DNA from: Acidobacteriota bacterium
GTDB lineage: Bacteria > Acidobacteriota > UBA6911
Length of the DNA: 64,000 nucleotides
Assembly (NCBI GenBank): GCA_963664705.1
Contig: OY761556.1
Location: forward strand, 800,001-864,000
Reading direction: 5' to 3'
In this document: positions 22,698 through 32,898 of the stretch, piece by piece
How the letters are laid out: the number at the start of each line of letters is the position of its first letter
How positions within the stretch are numbered: position 1 is the stretch's first letter
Notes under the pieces: model-generated
Told to the model about the DNA's origin: nothing
Database searches by the model: none
The model's input: the letters and a program-made list of their open reading frames with translations, nothing else
Translations under genes and position numbers: made by a program

Positions 22698-23531
22698 ATG
22701 AATCTCGAAGAACTAACCAATCAGTATGATTTTAAGGGTCGCGTTGTTGTGGTTACCGGAGGTGCCGGCATCTTGTGTGGAGAGATGGCCTGCGCATTGG
22801 TTGGATGCAATGCAAAGGTGGCGATTATTGATCACGCGCCGGAGCGGGCGGAACGTCTGGCTGCGCAACTGAATGTTCTGAAAGATCAATGCATCGTGGT
22901 GGCTGGTGATGTGCTGCAAAGGCAATCCCTGGAACTGGCTGCGCAAAAAATTATGGATTTGTGGGGCAGAGTGGATTGCCTGATTAATGGAGCCGGCGGG
23001 AACAATCCCGGTGCAACGACGGGTGTCGACAGGACATTTTTCGATTTGCCGGAGGAATCACTCCGATTTGTCACAGATCTCAATCTCATGGGAACAGTGA
23101 TCTCCTGCCAGGTTTTTGGCAAGACGATGGTTGGGCAAAAGGAGGGTGTGATTCTAAATGTATCCTCCATGAATGCATTTCGCCCGCTGACGCGCATCCC
23201 GGCTTATTCGGCTGCAAAAGCCGCCGTGTCGAATTTTACTCAATGGCTTGCCGTATACATGGCACAGGAATATTCGCCGGATATCCGTGTGAATGCCGTC
23301 GCCCCCGGGTTTTTCCTGACCGAGCAGAATCGCTTCCTGCTGACCGATAAGGACACGGGGAAAATGACACCTCGAGGTGAACAGATATTGGCCCACACTC
23401 CAATGAGACGTTTTGGATCGCCCGAAGACTTGCTGGGCGGTGTGTTGTGGCTTCTGTCTCCAATGTCCCGGTTTGTAACAGGAATCGTGTTGCCGGTTGA
23501 TGGTGGATTTTCTGCATATTCCGGGATTTGA
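22698..23531 (+). CDS. SDR oxidoreductase (D-mannonate oxidoreductase / UxuB-like)
   Basis: TGGAGILC, LINGAGGN, SSMNAFRPLTRIPAYSAAK, NAVAPGFF, VDGGFSA. Confidence 0.92.
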   Translation: MNLEELTNQYDFKGRVVVVTGGAGILCGEMACALVGCNAKVAIIDHAPERAERLAAQLNVLKDQCIVVAGDVLQRQSLELAAQKIMDLWGRVDCLINGAGGNNPGATTGVDRTFFDLPEESLRFVTDLNLMGTVISCQVFGKTMVGQKEGVILNVSSMNAFRPLTRIPAYSAAKAAVSNFTQWLAVYMAQEYSPDIRVNAVAPGFFLTEQNRFLLTDKDTGKMTPRGEQILAHTPMRRFGSPEDLLGGVLWLLSPMSRFVTGIVLPVDGGFSAYSGI

Positions 23532-23852
23532 GGCGGCTGCAAAGACTTTTGCCGCGAATTGCACGGATTTTGCTCGCGCGGTCAAGCCGGATTAGCCAAC
23601 AGTATCCACCACGTTAGATTCGCGCTTCTTTCAATTGAATTGGCGTTCAAAAGAATAGGAAAACAGCTTTGGCCCGCCGCCACAAGGCCGGTCGATTCAG
23701 TTATGGTCCCGGAATGAAGGGGAGCGAACCGAGCCGTAACGGAGGAATCATAACTGAATCGAATTCCGATAAATCAAAATTGAATTTACAAAAAGGAAGT
23801 CGCAGCCCCTACATTCCCTGCATTGAAGATGACACATGCCGCCTCATCCGTC

Positions 23853-24308
23853 TTATTTGGACGGAAGCTTCGAATTGTGAGATGCCACACACTGCCATTT
23901 GCCCCCGACTTTGACGAAAGTGTCTGTCCAGGGGTATTTCCCCGTAGAATCCTTTCCTTTGAAGGTTCCCTTAATACTGGCGATGCCTGTTGCAATAGCT
24001 GTATCGCCATATACTTTTACTTTCAAATTTTCATGAAAAAATGAACTGTAGTTATTTAGCTTTCCCTTGACCCACTGGAGTATGGCGGCCTTATCGGTCA
24101 TAACCCCATCCTCATCCGTCATGACAAACCCATCAGCTATGTTGCGCTCAAACCATAAAACATCATGTTTGATGGCAGCTTCAGCCCATGCGTTTTCGAG
24201 CGCTGCTATCTCCTGTATAACATTTTGTCCTGCGGTTGGTTTTGCCTGTCCAAAGATCAGGCATGGCAGCAAGAGCATTAAGAGAACTGAAACACATATG
24301 CTTTTCAT
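23853..24308 (-). CDS. Secreted NTF2-like (DUF4440) protein
   Basis: Signal peptide; LENAWAEA...VKVYGDTAI...WTDTFVKVGGKWQCVASH; AAGGAG RBS. Confidence 0.88.
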   Translation of the reverse strand: MKSICVSVLLMLLLPCLIFGQAKPTAGQNVIQEIAALENAWAEAAIKHDVLWFERNIADGFVMTDEDGVMTDKAAILQWVKGKLNNYSSFFHENLKVKVYGDTAIATGIASIKGTFKGKDSTGKYPWTDTFVKVGGKWQCVASHNSKLPSK

Positions 24309-24327
24309 TGGAGTCTCCTTTTGTGCG

Positions 24328-24780
24328 CTACTGTTTTTCATAAACCCAAGTCTCACTTGTTTCCTGTCCTTTTGAGTCTTTCACTTTTCCTACGGCCGTC
24401 TGCGTTTTTCCATCTTTGGAGATGACAACCCGCCAACTGGACACTTCCTTTCCAGCCTTCTTGGCCACTACCGTGATGGCGTTGGAGTCAATCTTTTTCA
24501 TGGAGATTACGTCTTCATTTGGGTTTCCAACTCTGGGGTGCTCTTTCCCATCATAGGTTGCAGCCCATTCATCATGGAATGCTTTCCCTTTGCCGTCCAC
24601 GCCCTCAAAGCTTGTCTTGAACCCGTTTTCTTGCGGCGTTATTACCATGATTTCATTCTTGGGCATGTTCTCAACCTTGCTCTTGGCCAGGTTTAGTTTC
24701 CATGATCCGATAAATGGATCTGCCGCCCATGCCCAGCCAACTAATCCGAGAACAGTCAGCAACAGCATTGCCTTTTTCAT
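24328..24780 (-). CDS. Secreted hypothetical beta-barrel protein
   Basis: Signal peptide then ADPFIGSWKLNLAKSK, YDGK, VISKDGKT, VYEKQ; GGAGG RBS. Confidence 0.85.
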   Translation of the reverse strand: MKKAMLLLTVLGLVGWAWAADPFIGSWKLNLAKSKVENMPKNEIMVITPQENGFKTSFEGVDGKGKAFHDEWAATYDGKEHPRVGNPNEDVISMKKIDSNAITVVAKKAGKEVSSWRVVISKDGKTQTAVGKVKDSKGQETSETWVYEKQ

Positions 24781-24847
24781 TTATTTGTCCTCCGCTGCTT
24801 GTGATTTAGGAATTCATTTATTCAAACGGGTAGAAATTTGCTCCAGG

Positions 24848-25471
24848 CTACTTCCTGAGTTCTGCAATGAATGTTTCTGTGAGTTTGGAAGTGCCATCCG
24901 TTTGCTTAGACTGTTTTGCCATGTATGGGCAGATCCCGGAGGTGATTATTTTGCCGTCCTGAACGACGCCTTCACCGCTATGGATGGCTCCCTCAATTTG
25001 CGGCCAATCTTTGGCAAGCGCATACTTTTTGCCCTTCAATAATCCTGCTTGGCCGAGGATTACCACTGATCCGGTCTGTGCTGCGATTGGCTTCCCTTTG
25101 GCCACAGCCTCCTTGATAAATGCCATGCCTTCGGACGGAAGCGGAGCCCCGGATGCAGCCATGCAGGGTATGATTATTCCCTTATAATCAGCCACCTTTG
25201 CCGCACTGAGCTTTAGATCCGGTTTCAATTTTGCGAGCCCTGCGGTCAGCGGTTTATTTGAAGCCGTGGATACCACGACGGTGTATCCCGCCTTCTTAAG
25301 GAGGTCGCTCATAACGCCAACTTCCTTTGTAAGCATCAGCTCAAGATCCGATGACTTTGCTTCGTTGACGATCATTAAGACTTTGCCCCCTTGCTTGGCA
25401 AACCCCGACGGCGATGAACAGACTGCAATTACCAGTCCCAAAAGCGAAACCAATAACATGGTTTTTCGCAT
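24848..25471 (-). CDS. Secreted DJ-1/PfpI family protein
   Basis: KVLMIV, LKPDLKL, YKGIIIP, KPIAAQ, AGLLKGKK, VVQDGKIITS; GGAGG RBS. Confidence 0.85.
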   Translation of the reverse strand: MRKTMLLVSLLGLVIAVCSSPSGFAKQGGKVLMIVNEAKSSDLELMLTKEVGVMSDLLKKAGYTVVVSTASNKPLTAGLAKLKPDLKLSAAKVADYKGIIIPCMAASGAPLPSEGMAFIKEAVAKGKPIAAQTGSVVILGQAGLLKGKKYALAKDWPQIEGAIHSGEGVVQDGKIITSGICPYMAKQSKQTDGTSKLTETFIAELRK

Positions 25472-25894
25472 AGCAGCTTCCTCCGAATATTGCGATTTCA
25501 AAAGAGTCGGAATGACAACAGAGTGTTACCCGCCAAAGACCGCGCTGGGCTGCGCTAGAATTGGTGCAGGAATCAAAGCAAGGATGAGCTTGAATGTGCC
25601 CTAAGGCAACTTCCTGGATATTGCTATATCCTATCTACCATATTACCGTAAGAACATTAAAGGACTTTTATTGGATTTGTCCGGTTATCAAAACCGCACG
25701 GAATTTGCGGGCTTCCTGTATAATCTGTTGGGCAAAATCAACAAATACTCAGAATCCGAATGTCCACTCACTTGTGGTGAATCTGTGGTAAATCCGGTTC
25801 AGGACAGTGCAATAGTGCAATAAAGGGGAGCCCAAGAGCAAGAACCACAACCTCAATGATTTACGCTAGTTTGTTGATTTTATTGAAGTACAGC

Positions 25895-25923
25895 TTGACA
25901 CCACGAGGCCGCGAACGTATTAT
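25895..25923 (+). promoter_or_regulatory. tRNA-fMet promoter
   Basis: TTGACA-N17-TATTAT, 11 nt before the tRNA. Confidence 0.85.
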
Positions 25924-25934
25924 TTCCCAGTTAT

Positions 25935-26011
<77 letters not shown>

Positions 26012-26024
26012 GCCATCATAAATC

Positions 26025-26048
26025 AGCCGCCGACAAGGCGGCTTTTTT
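26025..26048 (+). terminator. Rho-independent terminator
   Basis: AGCCGCC-GACAA-GGCGGCT followed by a T-tract. Confidence 0.85.
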
Positions 26049-26287
26049 GTTGGGTTGAGCGTAACAAATGGCTTTTTGCTGACACTTCGCAAACCCCCTC
26101 ATTATCTGCCTGGTCACTATTCTCTCAACCAGGCATCTCGCTAATACCATCGGGCGCACAAATTTCGAGTTTCCCGGTTCAATCTGGTCGATACGGCTGT
26201 ACTATTGCCGCTTGGAAATCATGAATAGTTCCTGGCAATCTCCAGTCTTACATTGGGGGGATTCGGCGTCGGCTGCGGGAGAGAATA

Positions 26288-27667
26288 TTGATTACGAATT
26301 GTCATAGTGGCTTTTGGGGCCGCGTGCGGGAGCGGTTGGAACGGCATCCGCTTGCCCACCTCGCTGTGCTGTATTTGGGCTGCATTGTGATTTTCCTTGT
26401 CTCTGTTCCATTGCCTCGCGTGGATGGACAACTGGTTGGGTCCGATGGTACTTACTATTACGCCTACCTGCCCAGCCTGTTGATAGATCACGATTTGGAT
26501 TTCAGCAACCAATATCGGAGACTGATGCCACAACTCTCCGCAAACTCATCCCCGCCTCTTCCCGATGGCACTACCAACAAATTTGCCGTTGGCGCGGCGC
26601 TTCTCTGGTTCCCATTTTTTCTTTTGGGCCACGGTATCGCGCTTATTCTGAATGCCTCGGGTTTTTCCACAGTGCCGGATGGGATGGGGTTTGCCTATCA
26701 GATCCCCACATTGCTCGGCAGTATTACCTATGGTTTTGTCGGGGTAGTGCTCGTCTACCGTATCTGCCATAGATTTTTCAGCCCATTGAGCAGCGCTTTG
26801 GCCGCCATTTTGATCTGGCTGGCTACAAGTCTGATTTATTACATGACCGCCGAACCATCGATGTCTCATGCCTGCTCCTTTTTTGCGGTTGCGTTGTTTC
26901 TGGAGCTCTGGCTTCGGTTCCGACCTCTGCCCGATCTCAGGCAATGGGTGCTTTTGGGAATCACCGCTGGAATTGTCGCGTTAGTGCGATTGCAGGACGC
27001 AACCTGGCTGGTACTGCCATGTATGGATTCATTATTGGCTTTGAGGAAAAGCAGAAATGTCGGCTGGAGACGCCAACTAGGAGGGATCTGCTGTTTTGGA
27101 GCTGCTGCCTGGGTGACCTTTTTGCCGCAAATGGTCATTTGGCAAATTCTGAATGGGTCCATTGTCAGACCAGGCTATGTTCACGCACACGAGGGATTTT
27201 TCTGGCTAGCGCCGAAAACTCTGAAAGTCCTGTTTTCGCTCTGCCATGGGCTTTATTCGTGGCATCCGATTTTGCTTTTTGCGACTGCCGGCCTGGTTTT
27301 ACTCTATCGCAAAAATAGGCTCCTTCCTGCTTTATTGGGACTGATGTTCGCCGTGCAAATCTATGTCATTGGTTCCTGGCATGCCTGGTCTGGCGGCGAT
27401 GCGTTTGGCGGAAGAATGCTTATCAGCTCACTTCCGGCACTGGCATTGGGACTGGCGGCCCTTGTCGATTGGGCTGCGGAACGCCGGGCGATGCCAATTG
27501 TCGTCAGCCTGTCATTGATTCTGGTTGTATGGAATGCGTTGTTATTGGCCCAGTACCGATTCCGCTATATCTCTCAGGGGGCGGCAGTCAACCTTGATGA
27601 CATGACCTTGGGAAAACTGTCAATGCTACAGGATATTGTCAGCCGCATCCATGCCATGCTTCGATAG
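26288..27667 (+). CDS. Polytopic membrane glycosyltransferase (GT-C fold, PMT/ArnT-like)
   Basis: SDGTYYYAYLPSLLIDHDLDF loop after TM1, EPSMSH, LVRLQD, WSGGDAFGGR; start uncertain. Confidence 0.75.
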   Translation: MITNCHSGFWGRVRERLERHPLAHLAVLYLGCIVIFLVSVPLPRVDGQLVGSDGTYYYAYLPSLLIDHDLDFSNQYRRLMPQLSANSSPPLPDGTTNKFAVGAALLWFPFFLLGHGIALILNASGFSTVPDGMGFAYQIPTLLGSITYGFVGVVLVYRICHRFFSPLSSALAAILIWLATSLIYYMTAEPSMSHACSFFAVALFLELWLRFRPLPDLRQWVLLGITAGIVALVRLQDATWLVLPCMDSLLALRKSRNVGWRRQLGGICCFGAAAWVTFLPQMVIWQILNGSIVRPGYVHAHEGFFWLAPKTLKVLFSLCHGLYSWHPILLFATAGLVLLYRKNRLLPALLGLMFAVQIYVIGSWHAWSGGDAFGGRMLISSLPALALGLAALVDWAAERRAMPIVVSLSLILVVWNALLLAQYRFRYISQGAAVNLDDMTLGKLSMLQDIVSRIHAMLR

Positions 27668-27774
27668 GATCCCTCTTTGGCGATGTCCTATGGTCCGGAA
27701 GATTGTTTTTCAATCTCTATGCTTGATGAAGATGCGTTCATGATTTCAACGGCAAGCCCGGCGCCGGCGGTCGG

Positions 27775-29016
27775 CTAGTTTTTGGGCCCGGTCCCCGTAG
27801 AGATCGTGGATACGCGCCGCGTCACAAGCAGGTGCGGTTCCTTATGTATATCGCCATACCCGAAACGCAGGGGCATTTCGCGATGAGGCTGCGACTGCCA
27901 TAATTTTACAAAATCGTTCTTCTCGCAGGTGCGTGAAGGGATGAAGGTTCCCTCGAATGTCCCATACGTCTCCTGCACGAAACCAGCCTTCTGCGCATAG
28001 CGCGGAGGGATTCCGCTGCTGTCGGAGATTATGAAGTCTGAATAACCCAGCAGGTAGTTTCGAAGCTGCCCAAAGGGCAGAGTCCAAAGAAGGTAGCTTG
28101 CGGCTTTCACAAGACCAACCGTATGCCCCTTTGCCTCCAGGTGACGCAGCACTGCGGGGTCCTGCTTAAGCGCCGTGTCACTCAGGTCCGCAGCAATGTG
28201 CCGGTGCACTCGAATGCGCGTACCAAGGCTGGTGTCCATGGGCCTGAAGGTCAATTCAAGGTTGGAGAATGCCAGCGAAAAGTCCGGCGACTTCCACACC
28301 TTGTTGAGCTTGCGTGCTTGTATTGGTTCAAAGGCTGCAATGTCCGCGTCATCGAGATAGTGCAGGGATCCGTTTGGCTCAATTCTGAAATAGCGCAGCG
28401 ATACCGGTTCAAAACCGTGGATGGCGAGAGCTACCAGGAAGAACGACAATTGTCCGGCGATTCCACCTCGGTGCATTTGCATCAGGTCCTCGCTGGCACT
28501 ATCGCTGAGTGTCAACAACTGCAGCATGGAGTGCCGCAACCGAGTAAGGTCTTTTTCCAGCGAGTCGGAGTTGATGGTTGTTATCCGACGTGGATCGCCT
28601 GCGGACTCAAGCGAAATCGTGGTGATCTCTGTTGCATCGGGATATGCCGTCAGGGCGGAGAGCAGATCGCCTCCTCCCAAAGGGTAGACTACCTTTGTTG
28701 GCAGGCCGGCCGGGCGAAGCCTGGAGAGGTAGGGCCCCATGATCGACAAATATTGATCACGATAGACCTGCATTCGTGGCAACAGCTCGTCGCAGTGACG
28801 CTTGATTACGTCCAGATCAAACGACTTCGGGATTGGCGCATTCCCAGAGCAGGCCGCAATCCTGAATAGCAGGCGGGCCTCCGAACCAAAATCGTGCCCG
28901 GCAGTGGATGCGTTTCCATTCTCAACGGGATTCCCGCGTCGACCGCTGGCACAGCCATGACAGCAAAAGGAGACAGCGATAAGTACCAGGGCAACAAGCG
29001 GGAACGCGCTTCGCAT
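27775..29016 (-). CDS. Hypothetical exported protein or lipoprotein
   Basis: Long ORF with signal-like N-terminus; motifs VVYPLGGGDL, KAASYLL, SDSSGIP. Confidence 0.75.
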   Translation of the reverse strand: MRSAFPLVALVLIAVSFCCHGCASGRRGNPVENGNASTAGHDFGSEARLLFRIAACSGNAPIPKSFDLDVIKRHCDELLPRMQVYRDQYLSIMGPYLSRLRPAGLPTKVVYPLGGGDLLSALTAYPDATEITTISLESAGDPRRITTINSDSLEKDLTRLRHSMLQLLTLSDSASEDLMQMHRGGIAGQLSFFLVALAIHGFEPVSLRYFRIEPNGSLHYLDDADIAAFEPIQARKLNKVWKSPDFSLAFSNLELTFRPMDTSLGTRIRVHRHIAADLSDTALKQDPAVLRHLEAKGHTVGLVKAASYLLWTLPFGQLRNYLLGYSDFIISDSSGIPPRYAQKAGFVQETYGTFEGTFIPSRTCEKNDFVKLWQSQPHREMPLRFGYGDIHKEPHLLVTRRVSTISTGTGPKN

Positions 29017-29334
29017 CTTCCCGTTAGCTCTTGCAGTTTTGCCTGGCCGTGGATTGATAGGTATTGGCGAAAAGATGAATGAACTATGCAAAGGCCATCC
29101 TTATCCAGAGTATGAAGCCAAACTTGGATCCTCCCAGATTGCTGGGGATTAAGCAACCCGAAATTGCGTAGCATATTTGATCGTTGGATGGCAAATTAGG
29201 AGACAGTCATTCGTCCGGTTTTGGAACCGGACGATTCCGATAATCAGCTTATCGAGCCTGGATAGCACCTTCGGGATCTTGCCCCGTTGTCAAAGTGCTT
29301 CATTCAAACATGCTGGCGTCGGGCAGGCAATTTT

Positions 29335-30951
29335 TCAGCGAGCTCCAAGGCGGACGGAGGCCTTGCTGACAATCCCCTTTCTTCCAAATTCATCCTCGAC
29401 ATTTATTTCGAGCTGATTCCGCCCAATCCCCAATTTCCATTGAAAATGCGAATCAACCGGTTTCCATTCTCCGCCATCAATCCTGGCCAGGTACCGCTTG
29501 AAAAATGGTTGGCTGTTGCCGCATTCAACCGACAGGGTGTCGTCCCCGGTTCGAATAAGGCGGAACGAAGCTTGATTTAGGGACCACCAGAGATCCCGCG
29601 GACGCGTGTACCAGACCGCGGTGGACGATTCCACAATTGGAGTCTTTTCGTCAATGTAAACCGGAAAGCCGCAGTAGCCGTCAGGATCCTCAGCGAAGGC
29701 TCGGCACCATGGCTCAGGCTGCGACTGCCAGTTGTTTCTTGGCGTAAGCTGCATCCATCCGGCCGTCAAATATCCATGGCCATATTCCCAATCCCACTTT
29801 TCGTGTTCTCCATAGGTATAGTCGTTCGTCACGCATTTGATCGGATGCTTGCCCCGGAGTGCTTCTACTCGGGAGAGGTTGACGTCTTCGCCGCGACGCT
29901 GAATTTCGCCTGGTTTTAATACAAAATTCGTATAGATATTATGCATTTCAAGCAGACTGAGCGGCTGTCCGGTTTTTCTGTCGGCATAATAAGTGTCCAG
30001 CGAGGGATCCAGGTACACCCACTTGTTCAGTTCATTCACCCATATCTCGGCGACTTCATGATTAGTATCGCGGAAGCCCTTGATCGCCAGGTGGCGAGCC
30101 TGCCAACCCAAGGAAATGACTGCTGAAATTAGAGTCTCACAATAGCTCATGCAGTGGCCATAGATGGTGCCCCCATTTTCTTCCCCAAGAGCTTTGCGAA
30201 TATTCCATGGATAGCTGCCATCCGGGTTTTGCATCTCAGGGCGTTTGTTTTTCCGTTTGGCTACCCAATCCAGAAGTGCTTTGAGTTGCCCGAATTCGTT
30301 CTGCTTCCCGGCAATGACTTCATCCAGTTTGAATGTTTGGCGAAGCCAGGTCAGGTCGGATTGGTCGGGCCGCTCATAGCCAAAGACAACAGGCGAAACT
30401 AAAATTTGTTGGACCTGGTCCTCCAGCAGAATCACCGCTTCTGGAAACACGGAAGGATTGGCCTGGTACGTTATTTTCGCTCCCGTGATTGCAGGTAGAA
30501 CTCTTGCATCGGTTGTTGTGAGTACAAAGCGGAATTGGGCGTAACGTCCCCTGGGGATGATGGCTCCGATTGCGGGCTGCCATTTGGACCAGGTCGCCTC
30601 GGTTTGGAAGAAGGAAGTGCCGGTGCGGACTTCGACGGCAATGTGGGCTGGGGCCTCAGCATTGGCGGTAATCTGAATGCCGAGATCTGAAATGCTTCCT
30701 TCGTTGCTCAGAATACCTGTGCCGATGAGATCAAGCACATCCGTAATAATCACTCCGGCGCCGCCGGTCTTCTGCAAGTTGCGGGCATCAAGTACCAATG
30801 AATCGCCTTTTGGAATCACGCGGGTTGCCTCGAGGCCGGCATATAGATCTCTGGCTGTCAGGATCCGTTCCTGAGCGTTGTCGGCGGCGAAGAGTATCTG
30901 CCCATGAATCACGGCAATCCAAACCAGGGAAATCCATCTCAATCGGCCCAT
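29335..30951 (-). CDS. Secreted transglutaminase-like domain protein
   Basis: Putative Cys-His-Asp triad: GHCMSY, NHEVAEIW, KWVYLDP; signal peptide; GAGG RBS. Confidence 0.8.
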   Translation of the reverse strand: MGRLRWISLVWIAVIHGQILFAADNAQERILTARDLYAGLEATRVIPKGDSLVLDARNLQKTGGAGVIITDVLDLIGTGILSNEGSISDLGIQITANAEAPAHIAVEVRTGTSFFQTEATWSKWQPAIGAIIPRGRYAQFRFVLTTTDARVLPAITGAKITYQANPSVFPEAVILLEDQVQQILVSPVVFGYERPDQSDLTWLRQTFKLDEVIAGKQNEFGQLKALLDWVAKRKNKRPEMQNPDGSYPWNIRKALGEENGGTIYGHCMSYCETLISAVISLGWQARHLAIKGFRDTNHEVAEIWVNELNKWVYLDPSLDTYYADRKTGQPLSLLEMHNIYTNFVLKPGEIQRRGEDVNLSRVEALRGKHPIKCVTNDYTYGEHEKWDWEYGHGYLTAGWMQLTPRNNWQSQPEPWCRAFAEDPDGYCGFPVYIDEKTPIVESSTAVWYTRPRDLWWSLNQASFRLIRTGDDTLSVECGNSQPFFKRYLARIDGGEWKPVDSHFQWKLGIGRNQLEINVEDEFGRKGIVSKASVRLGAR

Positions 30952-31194
30952 CGTCAGTTTCCTCTTGGTGAAGCCAGATTTGTGCATTAAGCCCGGCGCC
31001 TTCAAGCGTGTCATTGCCCCGAAGCATATCCCAATTCGCAGACCTGCTCCTAGAAAAAAGCCTGAACATGGATATTGGTTATTATGTTGATATCCGGAGG
31101 TTCTGGCCGGCCCGATTATAGTTGCGACGAGTCAATCGGGATTGCTAATGTACAGTGATTGGCGTGACTCTAACCGAAACCAGGAGGCTACGTA

Positions 31195-31563
31195 ATGAAG
31201 ATCAGAGTTTATGCAATTGGATTGGTTGTGTTGCTGAGCATCGCGGTATGTGCTCTTGCTGCTGATTTTTCGGGTAAATGGATTGCCCGGGCCGGAGATG
31301 TCGATATTACGTTGATCTTCAAGGTGGACGGAAGTGCATTAACCGGAACCGTTGATAATCCCCAAGCGGGTCCCACCGAAATCAAAGAAGGAAAGATTGA
31401 CGGAGAAAATATATCTTTCTACGTGGTGAGAAAAATGGGAGAGACTGAGGCCAAGATATCATGGAAGGGAAAGGCCTCAGGCAGTGAAATCAAGTTTGTG
31501 CGTGAAACCATGGGAGGCGGCCAGGGTGGCGCCATGGAAATCATCGCCAAGAGAGCCCAATAG
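31195..31563 (+). CDS. Small secreted beta-rich hypothetical protein
   Basis: Signal peptide then AADFSGKW, FKVDGSALTG, GKIDGENISF; AGGAGG RBS. Confidence 0.88.
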   Translation: MKIRVYAIGLVVLLSIAVCALAADFSGKWIARAGDVDITLIFKVDGSALTGTVDNPQAGPTEIKEGKIDGENISFYVVRKMGETEAKISWKGKASGSEIKFVRETMGGGQGGAMEIIAKRAQ

Positions 31564-31621
31564 GCTGATCCGAAATTCAAAGCAAGGTGGTGAGTGGAAC
31601 AAAGATAGAGTTTCCTTAATT

Positions 31622-31647
31622 AAAAGCCGCCCTGTCGGCGGCTTTTT
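31622..31647 (+). terminator. Bidirectional rho-independent terminator
   Basis: AAAAGCCGCC-CTGTC-GGCGGCTTTTT. Confidence 0.8.
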
Positions 31648-31815
31648 GATTCGATATATGGAGGATGCAGGGCGGCTATATTGTTAGTCTTGATGCCGCC
31701 AAAATCCTGATAGCATGCCGGAGCCAATCAAATAAGCTATTCCAGAATAGTGCTCCGGGCTATCAGAAGACAGGATGTCCTTTCCTTTATCCCGCTCAAA
31801 TCCGCAATTTCTCAT

Positions 31816-31846
31816 TTGACTCTCCCTTTGGGGGAGACTCTACGCT
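31816..31846 (+). promoter_or_regulatory. MerR-type promoter/operator
   Basis: TTGACT-N19-TACGCT with dyad TCTCCC-N5-GGGAGA in the long spacer, directly before the MerR gene. Confidence 0.85.
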
Positions 31847-31866
31847 CTTGGTGGAGTGAGGACGCT

Positions 31867-32703
31867 ATGTTCAGCATCGGTCAGTTTTCAAGGATCACAG
31901 GGCTTACGATCAAGACCATTCGTCTCTATCACGAAAAGGGACTTTTGATTCCGTGCCGGGTGGATGAGTCAACCGGGTATCGCTATTTTGACGGCAGGAA
32001 TGTGGAGCGGGCTCGGGCGATTTCCTATCTCCGTGAGCTGCTGTTTCCACTTTCGGATATCAAGTTGATGTTGGACCAGTTTTCCGAAGACGCCGATATT
32101 TTGGTTTTTCTGGAGACGCACAAGGGTGACATCACCAGGAGAATTAAGGAGCTGAACAAAACCGCCCTCAAACTGGAGGAGATTATTCAAAAGGAGAGGG
32201 AGGCCAAGGATATGCTAAATCAGAATTCATTCTCCGTCATAGAGAGGGAAATCGATTCCATTCTGGTTGCAGGGTTGCGTTGGAAAGGTCGGTATTCCGA
32301 TGTGGGTGGCGCTTTTCAGAAACTGGGAAAGCTGGTTGGCCGCTACATCCGGGGAAAACCAATGAACCTTTATTATGACGGAGACTATCGGGAGGAGGAT
32401 GCAGATATTGAGACCTGCTATCCGGTTCAAAATAAAGTGAAGCAAAGCGAAGCGTTTATTCTGCATCAACTGCAGGGAGGGAAGTGCGTTTGCCTTGTTC
32501 ACAAGGGGCCATATGATCTTTTGAGCCGTTCCTATTCAAAGATCATGGAGTATATGCAGGAAAGGAAATATCAGGCTCTTCTACCCACCAGGGAAGTCTA
32601 TCTCAAAGGGCCGGGAATGATATTCCGGGGAAATCCCAAAAACTACCTGACCGAAATTCAAATAATGATAGCCGAGCAGCAGGATGGCTCCCCATTGCGT
32701 TAG
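31867..32703 (+). CDS. MerR-family regulator with GyrI-like effector domain (BmrR-like)
   Basis: FSIGQFSRITGLTIKTIRLYHEKGLL...GYRYF; C-terminal HKGPY, REVYL, TEIQ. Confidence 0.93.
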   Translation: MFSIGQFSRITGLTIKTIRLYHEKGLLIPCRVDESTGYRYFDGRNVERARAISYLRELLFPLSDIKLMLDQFSEDADILVFLETHKGDITRRIKELNKTALKLEEIIQKEREAKDMLNQNSFSVIEREIDSILVAGLRWKGRYSDVGGAFQKLGKLVGRYIRGKPMNLYYDGDYREEDADIETCYPVQNKVKQSEAFILHQLQGGKCVCLVHKGPYDLLSRSYSKIMEYMQERKYQALLPTREVYLKGPGMIFRGNPKNYLTEIQIMIAEQQDGSPLR

Positions 32704-32898
32704 CGAGTGGGCTATAGATCGGGGGATTCACAGCAGTTCGGATGGCTGGGGATTCCCTGAATCCCGGCTGCATCCCGCAAGAATAGAATAGGCTCGCCTT
32801 CCCATAGGTTGTCGGATAGAGTATCTGTCGTGGCGTGAAGACCTACTTAGAAACTCGCGCTGGTTGGCTTGTACGTCGCTTAGAATCCTGAGAATGCC

